From Eubacteriales bacterium (lineage in GTDB: Bacteria; Bacillota; Clostridia; Oscillospirales; CAG-272): a DNA stretch of 64,000 nt. The position numbers were made by a program, and so were the translations under genes. A model generated the notes under the pieces. The model ran no database searches. It was given only the letters and a program-made list of their open reading frames with translations, and was not told the origin of the DNA. The stretch is from assembly GCA_045538685.1 (NCBI GenBank), contig JAZSRX010000008.1, forward strand, positions 1,982 through 65,981, given 5' to 3'. Below are positions 27,984 to 38,214 of this stretch, piece by piece; position 1 is the first letter of the stretch; each line of letters begins with the position of its first letter.

Positions 27984-28948
27984 TACTGTACTCCTCCTAT
28001 TATATCACTTAATTTTTCAATATTATATTTTTTCATTACTCTCGGAAGTTCTTCGATGATTTTCTTACAGGCCATAGGATCAACCAAATTTGCCGCACCA
28101 ACCTGTACAGCGGTTGCACCCGCAAGCATCATTTCAATCACGTCCTCTGCCGAAGAAACTCCGCCCATACCGATAACCGGAATATTAACTGCGTGGGCAA
28201 CCTGATAAACCATTCTCACTGCCACAGGAAAAATGGCAGGACCGGAAAAACCACCCATTTTGTTGGCGATAACAGGTCTTCTTGTGCGAAGATCAATTCT
28301 CATACCAAGAAGGGTATTGATAAGACTGATTCCGTCAGCCCCCGCCTCCTCGCAGGCCTTTGCAATGGCTACAATATCGGTAACATTAGGCGAAAGCTTT
28401 ACAATAATCGGCTTTGTTGTAACCGCCTTTACCGCCCTTACAACCTCTGCCGCCCCTTCGGGACTTGTACCGAATGCCATTCCGCCTCCGTGAACGTTGG
28501 GACAGCTGATGTTTACCTCAAGCCAACCTACCTGCTCTTCATTATCAAGCAAAGCACAGGTGTGAACATACTCATCAACCGAAAATCCCGAAACATTTGC
28601 CATAACCGGCTTGTTAAAGCATTTTTTCAGCTTTGGAAGCTCCTCGGAAATAACCCTTTCAACACCGGGATTCTGAAGTCCGACAGCATTTATCATACCT
28701 ACACTGCACTCTGCAATTCTGGGAGTGGGGTTGCCAAAGCATGACTCTTTTGTTGTTCCCTTAAAGGAAAATGTGCCGAGAATATTTATATCATAAATTT
28801 CTGCAAATTCGTAGCCGAAGCCGAAGGTTCCGGATGCCGGAATTACAGGGTTATCAAGCTCTATACCGAGAAGATTAACCTTTGTATCAAACTCCGCACT
28901 CTGCACACTGTACTCTGTACTCTGCACTCTGCACTTTGAACTCACCAC
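27983..28948 (-). CDS. pyrD: dihydroorotate dehydrogenase (class 1B) catalytic subunit
   Basis: Motifs [29 protein letters not shown] start overlaps the pyrK stop (GTGA), with GGAGG upstream. An unusual N-terminal extension of about 20 aa is encoded by the heptad repeat. Confidence 0.85.
   Translation of the reverse strand: MVSSKCRVQSTEYSVQSAEFDTKVNLLGIELDNPVIPASGTFGFGYEFAEIYDINILGTFSFKGTTKESCFGNPTPRIAECSVGMINAVGLQNPGVERVISEELPKLKKCFNKPVMANVSGFSVDEYVHTCALLDNEEQVGWLEVNISCPNVHGGGMAFGTSPEGAAEVVRAVKAVTTKPIIVKLSPNVTDIVAIAKACEEAGADGISLINTLLGMRIDLRTRRPVIANKMGGFSGPAIFPVAVRMVYQVAHAVNIPVIGMGGVSSAEDVIEMMLAGATAVQVGAANLVDPMACKKIIEELPRVMKKYNIEKLSDIIGGVQ
28888..28943 (-). repeat. 8 tandem heptads (GAGUNNN consensus) at the pyrK/pyrD junction
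   Basis: Minus strand reads GAGTTCA AAGTGCA GAGTGCA GAGTACA GAGTACA GTGTGCA GAGTGCG GAGTTTG. Confidence 0.9.
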
Positions 28949-29670
28949 AGCACCTCCTCTTTTTTCATAACAGGGCCTTCCTTACAAATGCGTTTATATC
29001 CGGTAATTGTCTTACAGGAACAGCCCATACAAGCACCGAAGCCGCATCCCATTCTCTCTTCAAAGGACATCTGTCCTTCGGTGACGGTAGCTTTATAAAC
29101 CGCCTTCAACATTGGCTCAGGACCGCAGGTATAAAAATAGCTGTAATCAATGCCTTCCATAGCATTTGTAACAAATCCCTTTATTCCTAAGGAGCCGTCT
29201 GCTGTTGCAACAAGAACGGTTGCACCAAGAGCTTCAAACTCCTCTTTATAAAACACCTCGTCTGCCTTGTTAAAACCGAGAATCACAGTGGGGTGTTTCC
29301 CTTCTTTTATAAGCTCCTTACAAAGCATATAGAGAGGCGGAACACCAACCCCACCACCGATAAGCAAGGGGGCATCGCCCGACGTAGATGTGTCATATCC
29401 GTTTCCGAGCCCCGTAAGCAAATCCAGCTTTTCGCCGGGATTCATTTGGCTCATCAACTCTGTACCGCGTCCTACAACCTTGTAGATAATGGTGAGTATA
29501 TCACCATCACAATCGCACACCGATATAGGTCTGCGAAGGTAAAGTCCGTCAAGCTTTATATTGACAAACTGACCGCATTTTATGCCTTCGGTGTCACCTT
29601 TTAAGGTCATAATATAAACATTACTTGCCAGATTATCATTTTTTGTTATAGTAAAAACAGCATTTTTCAT
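28942..29670 (-). CDS. pyrK: dihydroorotate dehydrogenase electron-transfer subunit
   Basis: FAD/NAD-binding domain and a C-terminal 2Fe-2S motif (CGFGACMGCSC). Confidence 0.85.
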   Translation of the reverse strand: MKNAVFTITKNDNLASNVYIMTLKGDTEGIKCGQFVNIKLDGLYLRRPISVCDCDGDILTIIYKVVGRGTELMSQMNPGEKLDLLTGLGNGYDTSTSGDAPLLIGGGVGVPPLYMLCKELIKEGKHPTVILGFNKADEVFYKEEFEALGATVLVATADGSLGIKGFVTNAMEGIDYSYFYTCGPEPMLKAVYKATVTEGQMSFEERMGCGFGACMGCSCKTITGYKRICKEGPVMKKEEVLW

Positions 29671-29693
29671 TTATTAACTCACTTCAAATTATA

Positions 29694-29735
29694 CTTACTC
29701 CGCACTCTGAACTCTGAACTCTGCACTCTGAACTC
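29694..29735 (-). repeat. 6 tandem heptads (GAGUNNN consensus) in the carB/pyrK intergenic region
   Basis: Minus strand reads GAGTTCA GAGTGCA GAGTTCA GAGTTCA GAGTGCG GAGTAAG, starting 1 nt after the carB stop. Confidence 0.9.
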
Positions 29736-29736
29736 A

Positions 29737-32700
29737 TCAAGCATCAATAGTCGAAATAGTAAGAGTTGTTTCCTCCAGAACATCAAGAAGAACCCGAACA
29801 GTATCAAGAGATGTAAATACGGTAACGTTGTTTTCGGTTGCGTATTTTCTTATTTCAAAGCCGTCACGAACAACACCCGAAGAAGAAGCATCGCTTGTAT
29901 TGATTACATATGCAATGTGTCCCTGTCTGATAGATTCGGAAATTTCATCAGAGCCGTCGGACAACTTTTTCAAAACGTGGGTTCTTATTCCGTTCTCTTT
30001 AAGGAATTTTGCAGTTCCCTTTGTTGCCTCAATATTAAAGCCAAGGTTATAGAATCTGCGGATAAGAGGAAGAGATTCTTCCTTGTCACAGTCGGCTATG
30101 GTGCAGAATACAGTTCCGTAATTCTGAAGATGCATACCCGATGCCTGAAGTGCCTTATAAAGTGCACGGTAGTATTTATCATCATATCCAATTGCTTCAC
30201 CCGTAGACTTCATCTCGGGGGAAAGATATGCATCAAGTCCGCGAAGCTTGTTAAATGAGAATACAGGCACTTTAACATACCATCTCTTTTTCTCCTCGGG
30301 GTAAAGGTCGAATATTCCCTGTTCCTTCAAGGTTTTTCCGAGAATACACTCGGTTGCAATATCAGCAAGACAGTATCCTGTTGCTTTTGAAAGGAATGGA
30401 ACTGTTCTTGAGGATCTGGGATTTACCTCGATTATATACACTTCATCATTCTTGTCAACGATAAACTGAATGTTATAAAGGCCGACAATTCCGATTCCCA
30501 AGCCAAGCTTCTTTGCATACTGAAGAATTGTACCCTTAACCTTGTTGGAAATTGAGAATGTGGGATAAACACTGATAGAGTCACCCGAGTGAATACCTGT
30601 ACGCTCTACAAGCTCCATTATACCGGGAACGAATACATCACGTCCGTCACAAATTGCGTCAACCTCAACCTCCTTACCGCTGATATACTTGTCAACAAGA
30701 ACCGGCTTGTCCTCATCAATTTCAACGGCGGTTTTAAGATAATGGCGAAGCTGCTCTTCGTTTGCAACAATCTGCATAGCACGTCCGCCCAGAACGAAGG
30801 AAGGACGAACAAGCACAGGATAACCTATTCTTGCGGCAGCAGCAACACCGTCTTCTATTCTGGTAACCGCACTTCCCTCCGGCTGAGGAATTCCAAGCTC
30901 CTTCAAAAGCTTTTCAAAAGAATCTCTGTTCTCTGCTCTGTCAATTGCAGCACAGTCTGTACCGATAATCTTTACTCCGAGAGCATCAAGAGGGCCCGCA
31001 AGATTTATTGCGGTCTGTCCACCCAGAGATGCAATAACGCCCTCCGGCTTTTCAAACTCAATTATATTCATAACATCTTCGGTGGTCAGGGGCTCAAAAT
31101 AAAGCTTATCCGCCGTAGTGTAGTCTGTTGAAACGGTCTCTGGATTATTGTTGATAATAATTGCCTCGTAGCCGGATTTTTTAATTGTGGAAACTGCGTG
31201 AACGGTGGAATAATCAAACTCAACACCCTGACCGATACGGATAGGGCCTGCACCGAGAACTATAATCTTCTTTTTGTCTGTGAGACGAGAGGTGTTTTCT
31301 CCGTTATAAGAGGAATAGAAATAAGGAATGTATGCTCCTGTATGACAGGTGTCAACCATACGGAACGCAGGGAAAATACCGTTTTCCTTGCGAAGATTAA
31401 ACACATCAAGTTCCTTTTCACCCCAAAGCTTTGCAATAAACTTATCGGAGAAGCCCATTTTCTTTGCAGAAACAAGAGTTTCTGTGTTTCGCTTATTTTC
31501 TTTGAGTATGGCTTCCATATCTACAATATTCTTGATTGCTTCAAGGAAGAAGGAAGTAATCTTGGTAATTTCGTGTATTTTTTCAACATCTACACCTCGG
31601 CGAAGCAGCTCTGCAACAGCAAAGATGTTATCATCGCGGAACTGTACGATATATTCAAGTATTTCACCCTCGGACATACCGTCAAACTTCTGATGATAAA
31701 GATGATTTACACCGATTTCAAGCGAGCGAACACCCTTTAAAAGTGCTTCTTCAAGAGTGGAACCAATGCCCATAACCTCGCCTGTTGCCTTCATCTGTGT
31801 ACCAAGTGTGTTGGACGCAGCAGCAAACTTATCAAAGGGGAATCTGGGAAGTTTTGCAATTACATAATCAAGAGCGGGCTCAAATGCAGCATTTGTATTG
31901 GCAATTTTTATCTCGTCAAGAGTCATACCAACGGCAATTTTTGCGGTAACTCTTGCAATAGGATAACCCGATGCCTTAGATGCAAGAGCAGAGCTTCTTG
32001 AAACGCGGGGGTTAACCTCGATAAGATAATATTCGCCGGTTTTAGGGTTTAATGCAAACTGAACGTTACATCCGCCCTCTATTTTAAGCTCTTTTATAAG
32101 CTTGATAGCCGAGTCGTTAAGCATCTTTCTGTCGCTCTCGGAAAGAGTCATAATAGGAGCAACAACCAGAGAGTCGCCTGTGTGAACACCAACGGGATCG
32201 ATATTTTCCATACCGCATATGGTGATTGCGTGGTCGCCACCGTCACGCATAACCTCAAACTCAATTTCCTTGTAACCCTTAACACTCTTCTCAATAAGCA
32301 CCTGATGAACGGGAGAAAGCTTAAATCCATTCATACCGATTTCAATAAGCTCTTCTTCATTATTTGCAAATCCGCCACCTGTACCTCCAAGTGTGAAGGC
32401 AGGACGAAGAACAACCGGATAGCCGATTTTTTCGGCAGCGGCCTTTGCCTCGTCAAGATTATATGTGATTTCAGAGGGAATTGTGGGCTCGCCGATAGAC
32501 CTGCAAAGCTCCTTGAACAGCTCTCTGTCCTCTGCCATCTCAATAGACTTTGAGCTTGTGCCGAGAAGCTGAGTGCGGCACTCTTTCAAAATACCCTTTT
32601 TCTCAAGCTGCATAACAAGGTTAAGACCTGTCTGACCGCCAATACCGGGAATTATGGCATCAGGACGCTCATATCTTAAAATTTTTGCAACATATTCAAG

Positions 32701-32910
32701 AGTAAGCGGCTCCATATACACCTTATCTGCAATAGCAGTATCTGTCATAATGGTGGCAGGATTGGAGTTAACAAGAACAACCTCATAGCCCTCCTCTTTA
32801 AGAGCAAGACAGGCCTGTGTTCCCGCGTAGTCAAACTCTGCTGCCTGACCTATAACGATAGGGCCCGAGCCGATTATCATAATTCTCTTTATATCTGTTC
32901 TCTTTGCCAT
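29737..32910 (-). CDS. carB: carbamoyl-phosphate synthase large subunit
   Basis: About 1057 aa from the ATG at 32910, with GAGGA upstream. Duplicated ATP-grasp halves and a C-terminal MGS-like domain. Confidence 0.95.
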   Translation of the reverse strand: MAKRTDIKRIMIIGSGPIVIGQAAEFDYAGTQACLALKEEGYEVVLVNSNPATIMTDTAIADKVYMEPLTLEYVAKILRYERPDAIIPGIGGQTGLNLVMQLEKKGILKECRTQLLGTSSKSIEMAEDRELFKELCRSIGEPTIPSEITYNLDEAKAAAEKIGYPVVLRPAFTLGGTGGGFANNEEELIEIGMNGFKLSPVHQVLIEKSVKGYKEIEFEVMRDGGDHAITICGMENIDPVGVHTGDSLVVAPIMTLSESDRKMLNDSAIKLIKELKIEGGCNVQFALNPKTGEYYLIEVNPRVSRSSALASKASGYPIARVTAKIAVGMTLDEIKIANTNAAFEPALDYVIAKLPRFPFDKFAAASNTLGTQMKATGEVMGIGSTLEEALLKGVRSLEIGVNHLYHQKFDGMSEGEILEYIVQFRDDNIFAVAELLRRGVDVEKIHEITKITSFFLEAIKNIVDMEAILKENKRNTETLVSAKKMGFSDKFIAKLWGEKELDVFNLRKENGIFPAFRMVDTCHTGAYIPYFYSSYNGENTSRLTDKKKIIVLGAGPIRIGQGVEFDYSTVHAVSTIKKSGYEAIIINNNPETVSTDYTTADKLYFEPLTTEDVMNIIEFEKPEGVIASLGGQTAINLAGPLDALGVKIIGTDCAAIDRAENRDSFEKLLKELGIPQPEGSAVTRIEDGVAAAARIGYPVLVRPSFVLGGRAMQIVANEEQLRHYLKTAVEIDEDKPVLVDKYISGKEVEVDAICDGRDVFVPGIMELVERTGIHSGDSISVYPTFSISNKVKGTILQYAKKLGLGIGIVGLYNIQFIVDKNDEVYIIEVNPRSSRTVPFLSKATGYCLADIATECILGKTLKEQGIFDLYPEEKKRWYVKVPVFSFNKLRGLDAYLSPEMKSTGEAIGYDDKYYRALYKALQASGMHLQNYGTVFCTIADCDKEESLPLIRRFYNLGFNIEATKGTAKFLKENGIRTHVLKKLSDGSDEISESIRQGHIAYVINTSDASSSGVVRDGFEIRKYATENNVTVFTSLDTVRVLLDVLEETTLTISTIDA

Positions 32911-32926
32911 TTTAAAATCCTCGCTA

Positions 32927-34171
32927 TCAGTTAATATCAGAGTACACAACTCTGCCTTCGTATACGGTTAAAAGACATTTTCCGTACACTTCACACCCCT
33001 CAAAGGGTGTTGCCTTTCCTTTGGACAAAAAGTCCTTCGGATCAATTTTATATTTTTCATCAAGCTTAAACACCGTAAAACCGGGATCGGTTTTTATATT
33101 AAATCTGGTTCTCGGTGCATCGCTCATAAGATAAATAAGCCGTTCAATACCTATTATTCCCTCTCTAACCAAGTGAGTATACAAAAGAGGAAATGCGGTT
33201 TCTATTCCTACAATACCCATTGCACTCTTTTCAAGTCCCCGTGATTTTTCCTCATCAGAGTGCGGTGCGTGGTCGGTGGCAATCATATCTATTGTACCGT
33301 CCAGAACTCCGCGGAGTATTGCCTCTCTGTCATCGGGTGAACGAAGAGGAGGATTCATCTTAAACCGTCCGTTCTCCTGCAGACAGGAGTCGTCAAGTAA
33401 AATGTAATGCGGGCCGCTTTCACAGCTAACATCAAGCCCCTTTGCCTTTGCCTGTCTGATTATCTCCACACTCTCTTTTGTGGAAATGTGACAAACGTGA
33501 TAACCGCACCTGGTGTCTTTAACAAGCTCCATATCTCTTTTTATGGGGCCCCACTCGCTCTCAGAACAGATTCCGCGGTGTCCGTGAGCTTTTGCATACT
33601 CGCCATCGTGGATATATCCGCCACGAAGCAGTGAGTTGTCCTCGCAGTGAGCAACTATCATCTTGCCTGCTTTCTTTGCCTGAAGCATAGCAGAACGCAT
33701 TATTTCCTCACCCTGCACACCTCTTCCGTCATCGGAAAAGCCGGCAACATCCTTCGCCATACCTTCGATATCCGCAAGGCACTCGCCGGATTCTCCCTTT
33801 GTGATAGTGCCGTAAGGAATTACCGCAATCTTTGCATCACGTTTTATTATTTCAAGCTGAATATCAAGATTTTCTCGGCTGTCGGGTGTGGGATTCAGGT
33901 TTGGCATAGAGCAAACAGCGGTGTATCCGCCTCTTGCCGAAGCAAGAGTACCGCTTTCTATTGTTTCCTTATAAGAAAAACCCGGCTCTCTGAGATGAAC
34001 ATGAACATCACAAAGACCGGGAAAAACAGCAATATTATCAAAAACAACAGAAGAGTCAAAAGTAGATACGTCGCCTTCAAAAACAGAAAGAGAAGTACCG
34101 TCAAAATGCATATTAAGCTTTCTCATAACACCGTTTTCATAAACAAGAGCATCGCGGAAAATAGCCATCAT
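32927..34171 (-). CDS. pyrC: dihydroorotase
   Basis: Motifs DVHVHLREPG and DHAPH. The ATG at 34171 is preferred because the -10 box overlaps the longest-ORF ATG at 34207. Confidence 0.9.
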   Translation of the reverse strand: MMAIFRDALVYENGVMRKLNMHFDGTSLSVFEGDVSTFDSSVVFDNIAVFPGLCDVHVHLREPGFSYKETIESGTLASARGGYTAVCSMPNLNPTPDSRENLDIQLEIIKRDAKIAVIPYGTITKGESGECLADIEGMAKDVAGFSDDGRGVQGEEIMRSAMLQAKKAGKMIVAHCEDNSLLRGGYIHDGEYAKAHGHRGICSESEWGPIKRDMELVKDTRCGYHVCHISTKESVEIIRQAKAKGLDVSCESGPHYILLDDSCLQENGRFKMNPPLRSPDDREAILRGVLDGTIDMIATDHAPHSDEEKSRGLEKSAMGIVGIETAFPLLYTHLVREGIIGIERLIYLMSDAPRTRFNIKTDPGFTVFKLDEKYKIDPKDFLSKGKATPFEGCEVYGKCLLTVYEGRVVYSDIN

Positions 34172-34205
34172 AATACACATCCCCTTTTCTTCTTTTATTC
34201 GATAC

Positions 34206-34234
34206 ATTATAACATAGTATTATTTTAAAGTCAA
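34206..34234 (-). promoter_or_regulatory. sigma-A promoter of the pyr operon
   Basis: On the minus strand: TTGACT, 17 nt, TATAAT. The leader to the pyrC start is only about 25-30 nt. Confidence 0.65.
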
Positions 34235-34392
34235 TAGTTCAAAACCTAAAATAGTCGAATAAAATTTCATTATAGCTTGTGCAATATGTACTAATATTTT
34301 ATCCAAAAAAGAATTTACAATATCTTGATTTTGTTCCTGTTTATATGTTATAATAAACAAGCGAAAGTAAAAACAACCTTCGGAGAACAAAA

Positions 34393-35430
34393 ATGGAAGA
34401 AAATAAAAAAGAAATTATCAAAGAAAAAAACAAAATAAATAAAGAAAAAGAGAAGAAAAAGAAGGCATCTGCAAAGCAAAAGCTTGACAGAGCCACAATC
34501 CTCGGAATAATTGCGGTCTGCATAGCATCGGTTGGCCTTGTTATTGCAATTCTTGCATTGGTTCTCGGCGGCGGAAAATCGGGAAAAAACAGTTCGGGAC
34601 TTGAATTTTATCCCGACGGAAACGGAAATTACATAGTTGGTGCAGGAGAGGCAAAATATCTCAGTGAGATCACCATTCCCGAAAAGCACAACGGCGGAAA
34701 TGTTATTGGCATAGACAACGAGGGCTTTGCCTACTGTGAAAATCTGAAAAGCATTACAATTCCCGACAGTGTAACAAATATCGGCGATTATGCTTTTGCA
34801 TATTGCGATAAGCTTACCGATATTAATATGGGCAGCGGTGTTACAAATATCGGACTTTATGCATTTTCGGGTTGTACCGCACTTGCAAGTATAAATCTTT
34901 CCGAAAACCTTCAAACAATTGACGAATACGCATTCTATGCTTGTGAAAACCTTGTGAATATTTCTATTCCCGACAGTGTTATTTCTGTGGGTGCAAACGC
35001 ATTTACAAATTGCGACTCGCTGAACTTCACTATTTCAGAGAACGGATATTATCTCGGAAACCGCAATAATCCTTATCACACACTTGTAAAAATTGAAAGT
35101 ACGGAAATAACATCATTCACAGTTAACGAAGGAACGAGAGTCATCTACTCGGGTGTGTTTGATTTCTGTTACAAACTTACAGAAATTGATCTTCCCGAAG
35201 GTGTTACACAGATAGGTGTTGAGGCATTTTACAACTGCGAATCGCTTAAAACTCTCATAATTCCCAGAACCTTAAAGTACATCGGAGACAGAGCTTTCTC
35301 GGGCTGTACATCGCTTTCCGCTATTTATTACACAGGCGAAGAAAACCAGATGTATTCAATTACGGTTGAATATGACAACGATCCCTTCTTTGGGGCGGAA
35401 TTCTATTATAATTATACCCGTTCAAACTAA
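34393..35430 (+). CDS. membrane-anchored leucine-rich repeat (BspA-type) surface protein
   Basis: Lys-rich N-terminus and a TM helix. Reiterated motif of the form SITIPDSVTNIGDYAF..C..L. Confidence 0.65.
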   Translation: MEENKKEIIKEKNKINKEKEKKKKASAKQKLDRATILGIIAVCIASVGLVIAILALVLGGGKSGKNSSGLEFYPDGNGNYIVGAGEAKYLSEITIPEKHNGGNVIGIDNEGFAYCENLKSITIPDSVTNIGDYAFAYCDKLTDINMGSGVTNIGLYAFSGCTALASINLSENLQTIDEYAFYACENLVNISIPDSVISVGANAFTNCDSLNFTISENGYYLGNRNNPYHTLVKIESTEITSFTVNEGTRVIYSGVFDFCYKLTEIDLPEGVTQIGVEAFYNCESLKTLIIPRTLKYIGDRAFSGCTSLSAIYYTGEENQMYSITVEYDNDPFFGAEFYYNYTRSN

Positions 35431-35440
35431 AATTTTAAAA

Positions 35441-35469
35441 GACGGACCGAAATCGGCCCGTCTTTTTTT
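35441..35469. terminator. bidirectional rho-independent terminator
   Basis: Stem gacggaccg/cggcccgtc (1 mismatch), followed by a T-run. Confidence 0.7.
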
Positions 35470-35478
35470 CTTAACAAA

Positions 35479-38130
35479 TTATTCTGTTCTGAGAGCGACC
35501 ACAGGATCCTTCTTTGCAGCACTTCTCGCAGGAGCAACACCCGAAATAAGAGTAAGTCCTATGCTGAGAATTACAAGGAAGACAGCATTTCCAACAGGCA
35601 AAGCTGCTATTCCCGAGTAACCAATCAAAGGTTTAAGAATAACATTAATAATTGCGGAAAGCAAATAGGTTGTACCCACACCGATAAGTCCGGCAAGACA
35701 ACCGATAATCGCAGTTTCGGCAATAAACAGGTTGGAAACGTCACGCTTACGTCCGCCAAGCGATCTGATAACTCCGATTTCCTTGATACGCTCAACAACA
35801 GATACGTATGTGATAATTCCTATCATAACGGTGGAAACCAAAAGAGATACCGAGGTAAAGGCGATCAGAGCATAGGAGATAATATCAATCATAGTATTTA
35901 TCATACTGATAATCAGCTCCAGACTATCGGTATAGGTAATCTTGGTATGGTCCTTATTCCACTCGTCAAGATAATCTGTTACATGGCTCTTTTCGTCAAA
36001 GGATACGGGATAAATTCTTATTTTATTAGCCAGCTTATTACCGCCGAGCTCACGGATAAACCTTTCCTTCACTTCCTCGTGATTGAAGATATCGTTACTG
36101 TCATCATCGGAGCCGGACATTCCTCTGGGAGCAATAGAACCAAAAGCTATGCCGCCGTCTTCCTCACCGTATTCGTAATTGAAGGTGTAGCTTATTCTAT
36201 ACTTGTTAGAGGCTGTGCTGCTTATATCGCTTTCATCTATACCCTTGATATAATCAAATATTTCGGATTTCTCATTTGTTTCCAGCACGTGATTTACAAA
36301 GCTCTCGGTATAGTAAATTCCCGAACTAAGCGAGCCAAATTTCACGTTGTCCTTGGGAGTGAGAATACCGACAACGCGAAGCTTAAGTCCCTCAGAGGAA
36401 TCAAAATCTTCAGAATAAGGGCTGTAAGTGTATCCGCCAAAGGGCCCCTTCTCGAATACTGTGTCGTTAGGATACCAGGTTATAGTCTTTCCAATAAGCT
36501 CGTCATAGGAGAAATACTCTTTGTATATCGACTCGTCATATACGGGATTGCCGTCCTCGTCTTTGTTGGCAGCCTTATTAACCAACTCGATCAACTGCTC
36601 CTGAGTGTAGAAGCCGAACTTTGCAAGAAGAAGGTCGGAAAGCTCATCCTCGCTGTTAAGAACGAGCATAATTTCATTCGCCTCGGTTGCTATTTTGCTT
36701 CCCTCTCCAAGCAGATTGTACTGGGAGAGAATATACTCGCTGTTATTGGAAAGCTGCGAGAAGGAAGGGGCAAAGGCACTGACGATACCTGCATAATCTA
36801 CGTATCCCAGCTTTGCGAGAAGGAAGGTGTACATCGTCGTGATAGCATCTACGGACATTTCCTTAGCCTCGCTTTGAGCGTTGACCTTAAAATCGGTGTA
36901 GAAGCCGTAATTCATATTAATACCATAATCGAAAATCATCGTACGGTAATACTCTTCGGGCATATTCTTTACGTACTCAACGTATTCCTCGGTTATCTCG
37001 TTTTCAACGGCAGTTTTCTCTCCCGTTTCAAGCATACCCGCAATATAATCGATGATTGACGAAACGTAAACCTTGTCAGCCAGCTTTTCGGGCATTATCT
37101 TATCGGTCTCATCCTTCATCATCTGCGTCAATGCAGTAAAGTCCAACGCAGTCTCGGTTATAGTGATAGGATTATCCGACAGCATATCGTCCTGCATCGA
37201 AGCAATATATCCTTTTATACCCGCAGAAAAAGCAAGAACCATAGCTATACCTATAATACCTATCGAGCCGGCAATGCCGACCATTGTGGTTCTGCCCTTT
37301 TTGGAGATAAGATTTCGTGAGGAAAGCTTAAAGGCGGTAAGCAAAGACATCTTTGCTTTTTCTTTTTTCTTTTTATCCTTCTTAGGTTTCTTTTCCTCCG
37401 ACTCTTCGGGCTTACTCTTTTCAAAGGCGGAAAGCGATTCATATTCCTCATCACCGACAGGATTTGTATCCTCGATTATCTGACCGTCAAGAAGTCTGAC
37501 TATTCTTGTGGAATACTGCTCTGCAAGCTCGGGGTTATGGGTTACCATAATAACAAGACGCTCGCCTGCAATCTCGCGGATAAGCTCCATAATCTGCACA
37601 CTTGTTACAGTGTCTAGAGCACCGGTGGGCTCGTCTGCAAGAAGAATCTCCGGCTCGTTTACCAAGGCACGTGCAATAGCAACACGCTGACACTGACCGC
37701 CGGAAAGCTGATTGGGACGTTTATAATACTGATCCGACAGACCAACCTTATCAAGTGCTGCTTTTGCCCTTCTGATTCTCTCTTCTTTATCAACACCCGA
37801 AATTGTAAGAGCAAGCTCTACATTGCCAAGTACGGTCTGATGAGGAATAAGGTTATAGCTTTGGAAAATAAAGCCAACCCTGTGATTTCTGTACACATCC
37901 CAATCATGATCTCGATAAAGCTTTGTGCTTTTTCCGTTGATAACAAGATCACCCGACGTATATCTGTCAAGGCCGCCCACAATGTTAAGAAGTGTGGTTT
38001 TTCCACAGCCCGACGGGCCGAGAATCGAAACAAATTCTTTGTCACGAAAGACAATGTCCACACCTCTGAGAGCATTAACCGTCTCCGAAGAGGTTATGTA
38101 GTCCTTTTTAATACTGCGTAATTCAAGCAT
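35479..38130 (-). CDS. fused ABC transporter ATP-binding/permease protein (MacB/FtsX-like)
   Basis: Walker A GPSGCGKTT, signature LSGGQCQRVAIARAL, Walker B ILLADEPTGALD. Lys-rich linker, large extracytoplasmic domain, C-terminal FtsX-like TM bundle. The start may instead be at 38148. Confidence 0.85.
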   Translation of the reverse strand: MLELRSIKKDYITSSETVNALRGVDIVFRDKEFVSILGPSGCGKTTLLNIVGGLDRYTSGDLVINGKSTKLYRDHDWDVYRNHRVGFIFQSYNLIPHQTVLGNVELALTISGVDKEERIRRAKAALDKVGLSDQYYKRPNQLSGGQCQRVAIARALVNEPEILLADEPTGALDTVTSVQIMELIREIAGERLVIMVTHNPELAEQYSTRIVRLLDGQIIEDTNPVGDEEYESLSAFEKSKPEESEEKKPKKDKKKKEKAKMSLLTAFKLSSRNLISKKGRTTMVGIAGSIGIIGIAMVLAFSAGIKGYIASMQDDMLSDNPITITETALDFTALTQMMKDETDKIMPEKLADKVYVSSIIDYIAGMLETGEKTAVENEITEEYVEYVKNMPEEYYRTMIFDYGINMNYGFYTDFKVNAQSEAKEMSVDAITTMYTFLLAKLGYVDYAGIVSAFAPSFSQLSNNSEYILSQYNLLGEGSKIATEANEIMLVLNSEDELSDLLLAKFGFYTQEQLIELVNKAANKDEDGNPVYDESIYKEYFSYDELIGKTITWYPNDTVFEKGPFGGYTYSPYSEDFDSSEGLKLRVVGILTPKDNVKFGSLSSGIYYTESFVNHVLETNEKSEIFDYIKGIDESDISSTASNKYRISYTFNYEYGEEDGGIAFGSIAPRGMSGSDDDSNDIFNHEEVKERFIRELGGNKLANKIRIYPVSFDEKSHVTDYLDEWNKDHTKITYTDSLELIISMINTMIDIISYALIAFTSVSLLVSTVMIGIITYVSVVERIKEIGVIRSLGGRKRDVSNLFIAETAIIGCLAGLIGVGTTYLLSAIINVILKPLIGYSGIAALPVGNAVFLVILSIGLTLISGVAPARSAAKKDPVVALRTE

Positions 38131-38214
38131 AATTTTTTCCTTTACCATCTTTTGGAATAATTATAAACCAAAAATATTAACAAATAACGGCTATTAGTAA
38201 AACAATTTTAAAAT

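Noticed and set aside
34172-34392. A PyrR-type attenuator was expected upstream of pyrC.
   Set aside because: The -10 box lies only about 30 nt from the start codon. There is no UCCAGAGAGG-like binding loop and no terminator hairpin in the leader.
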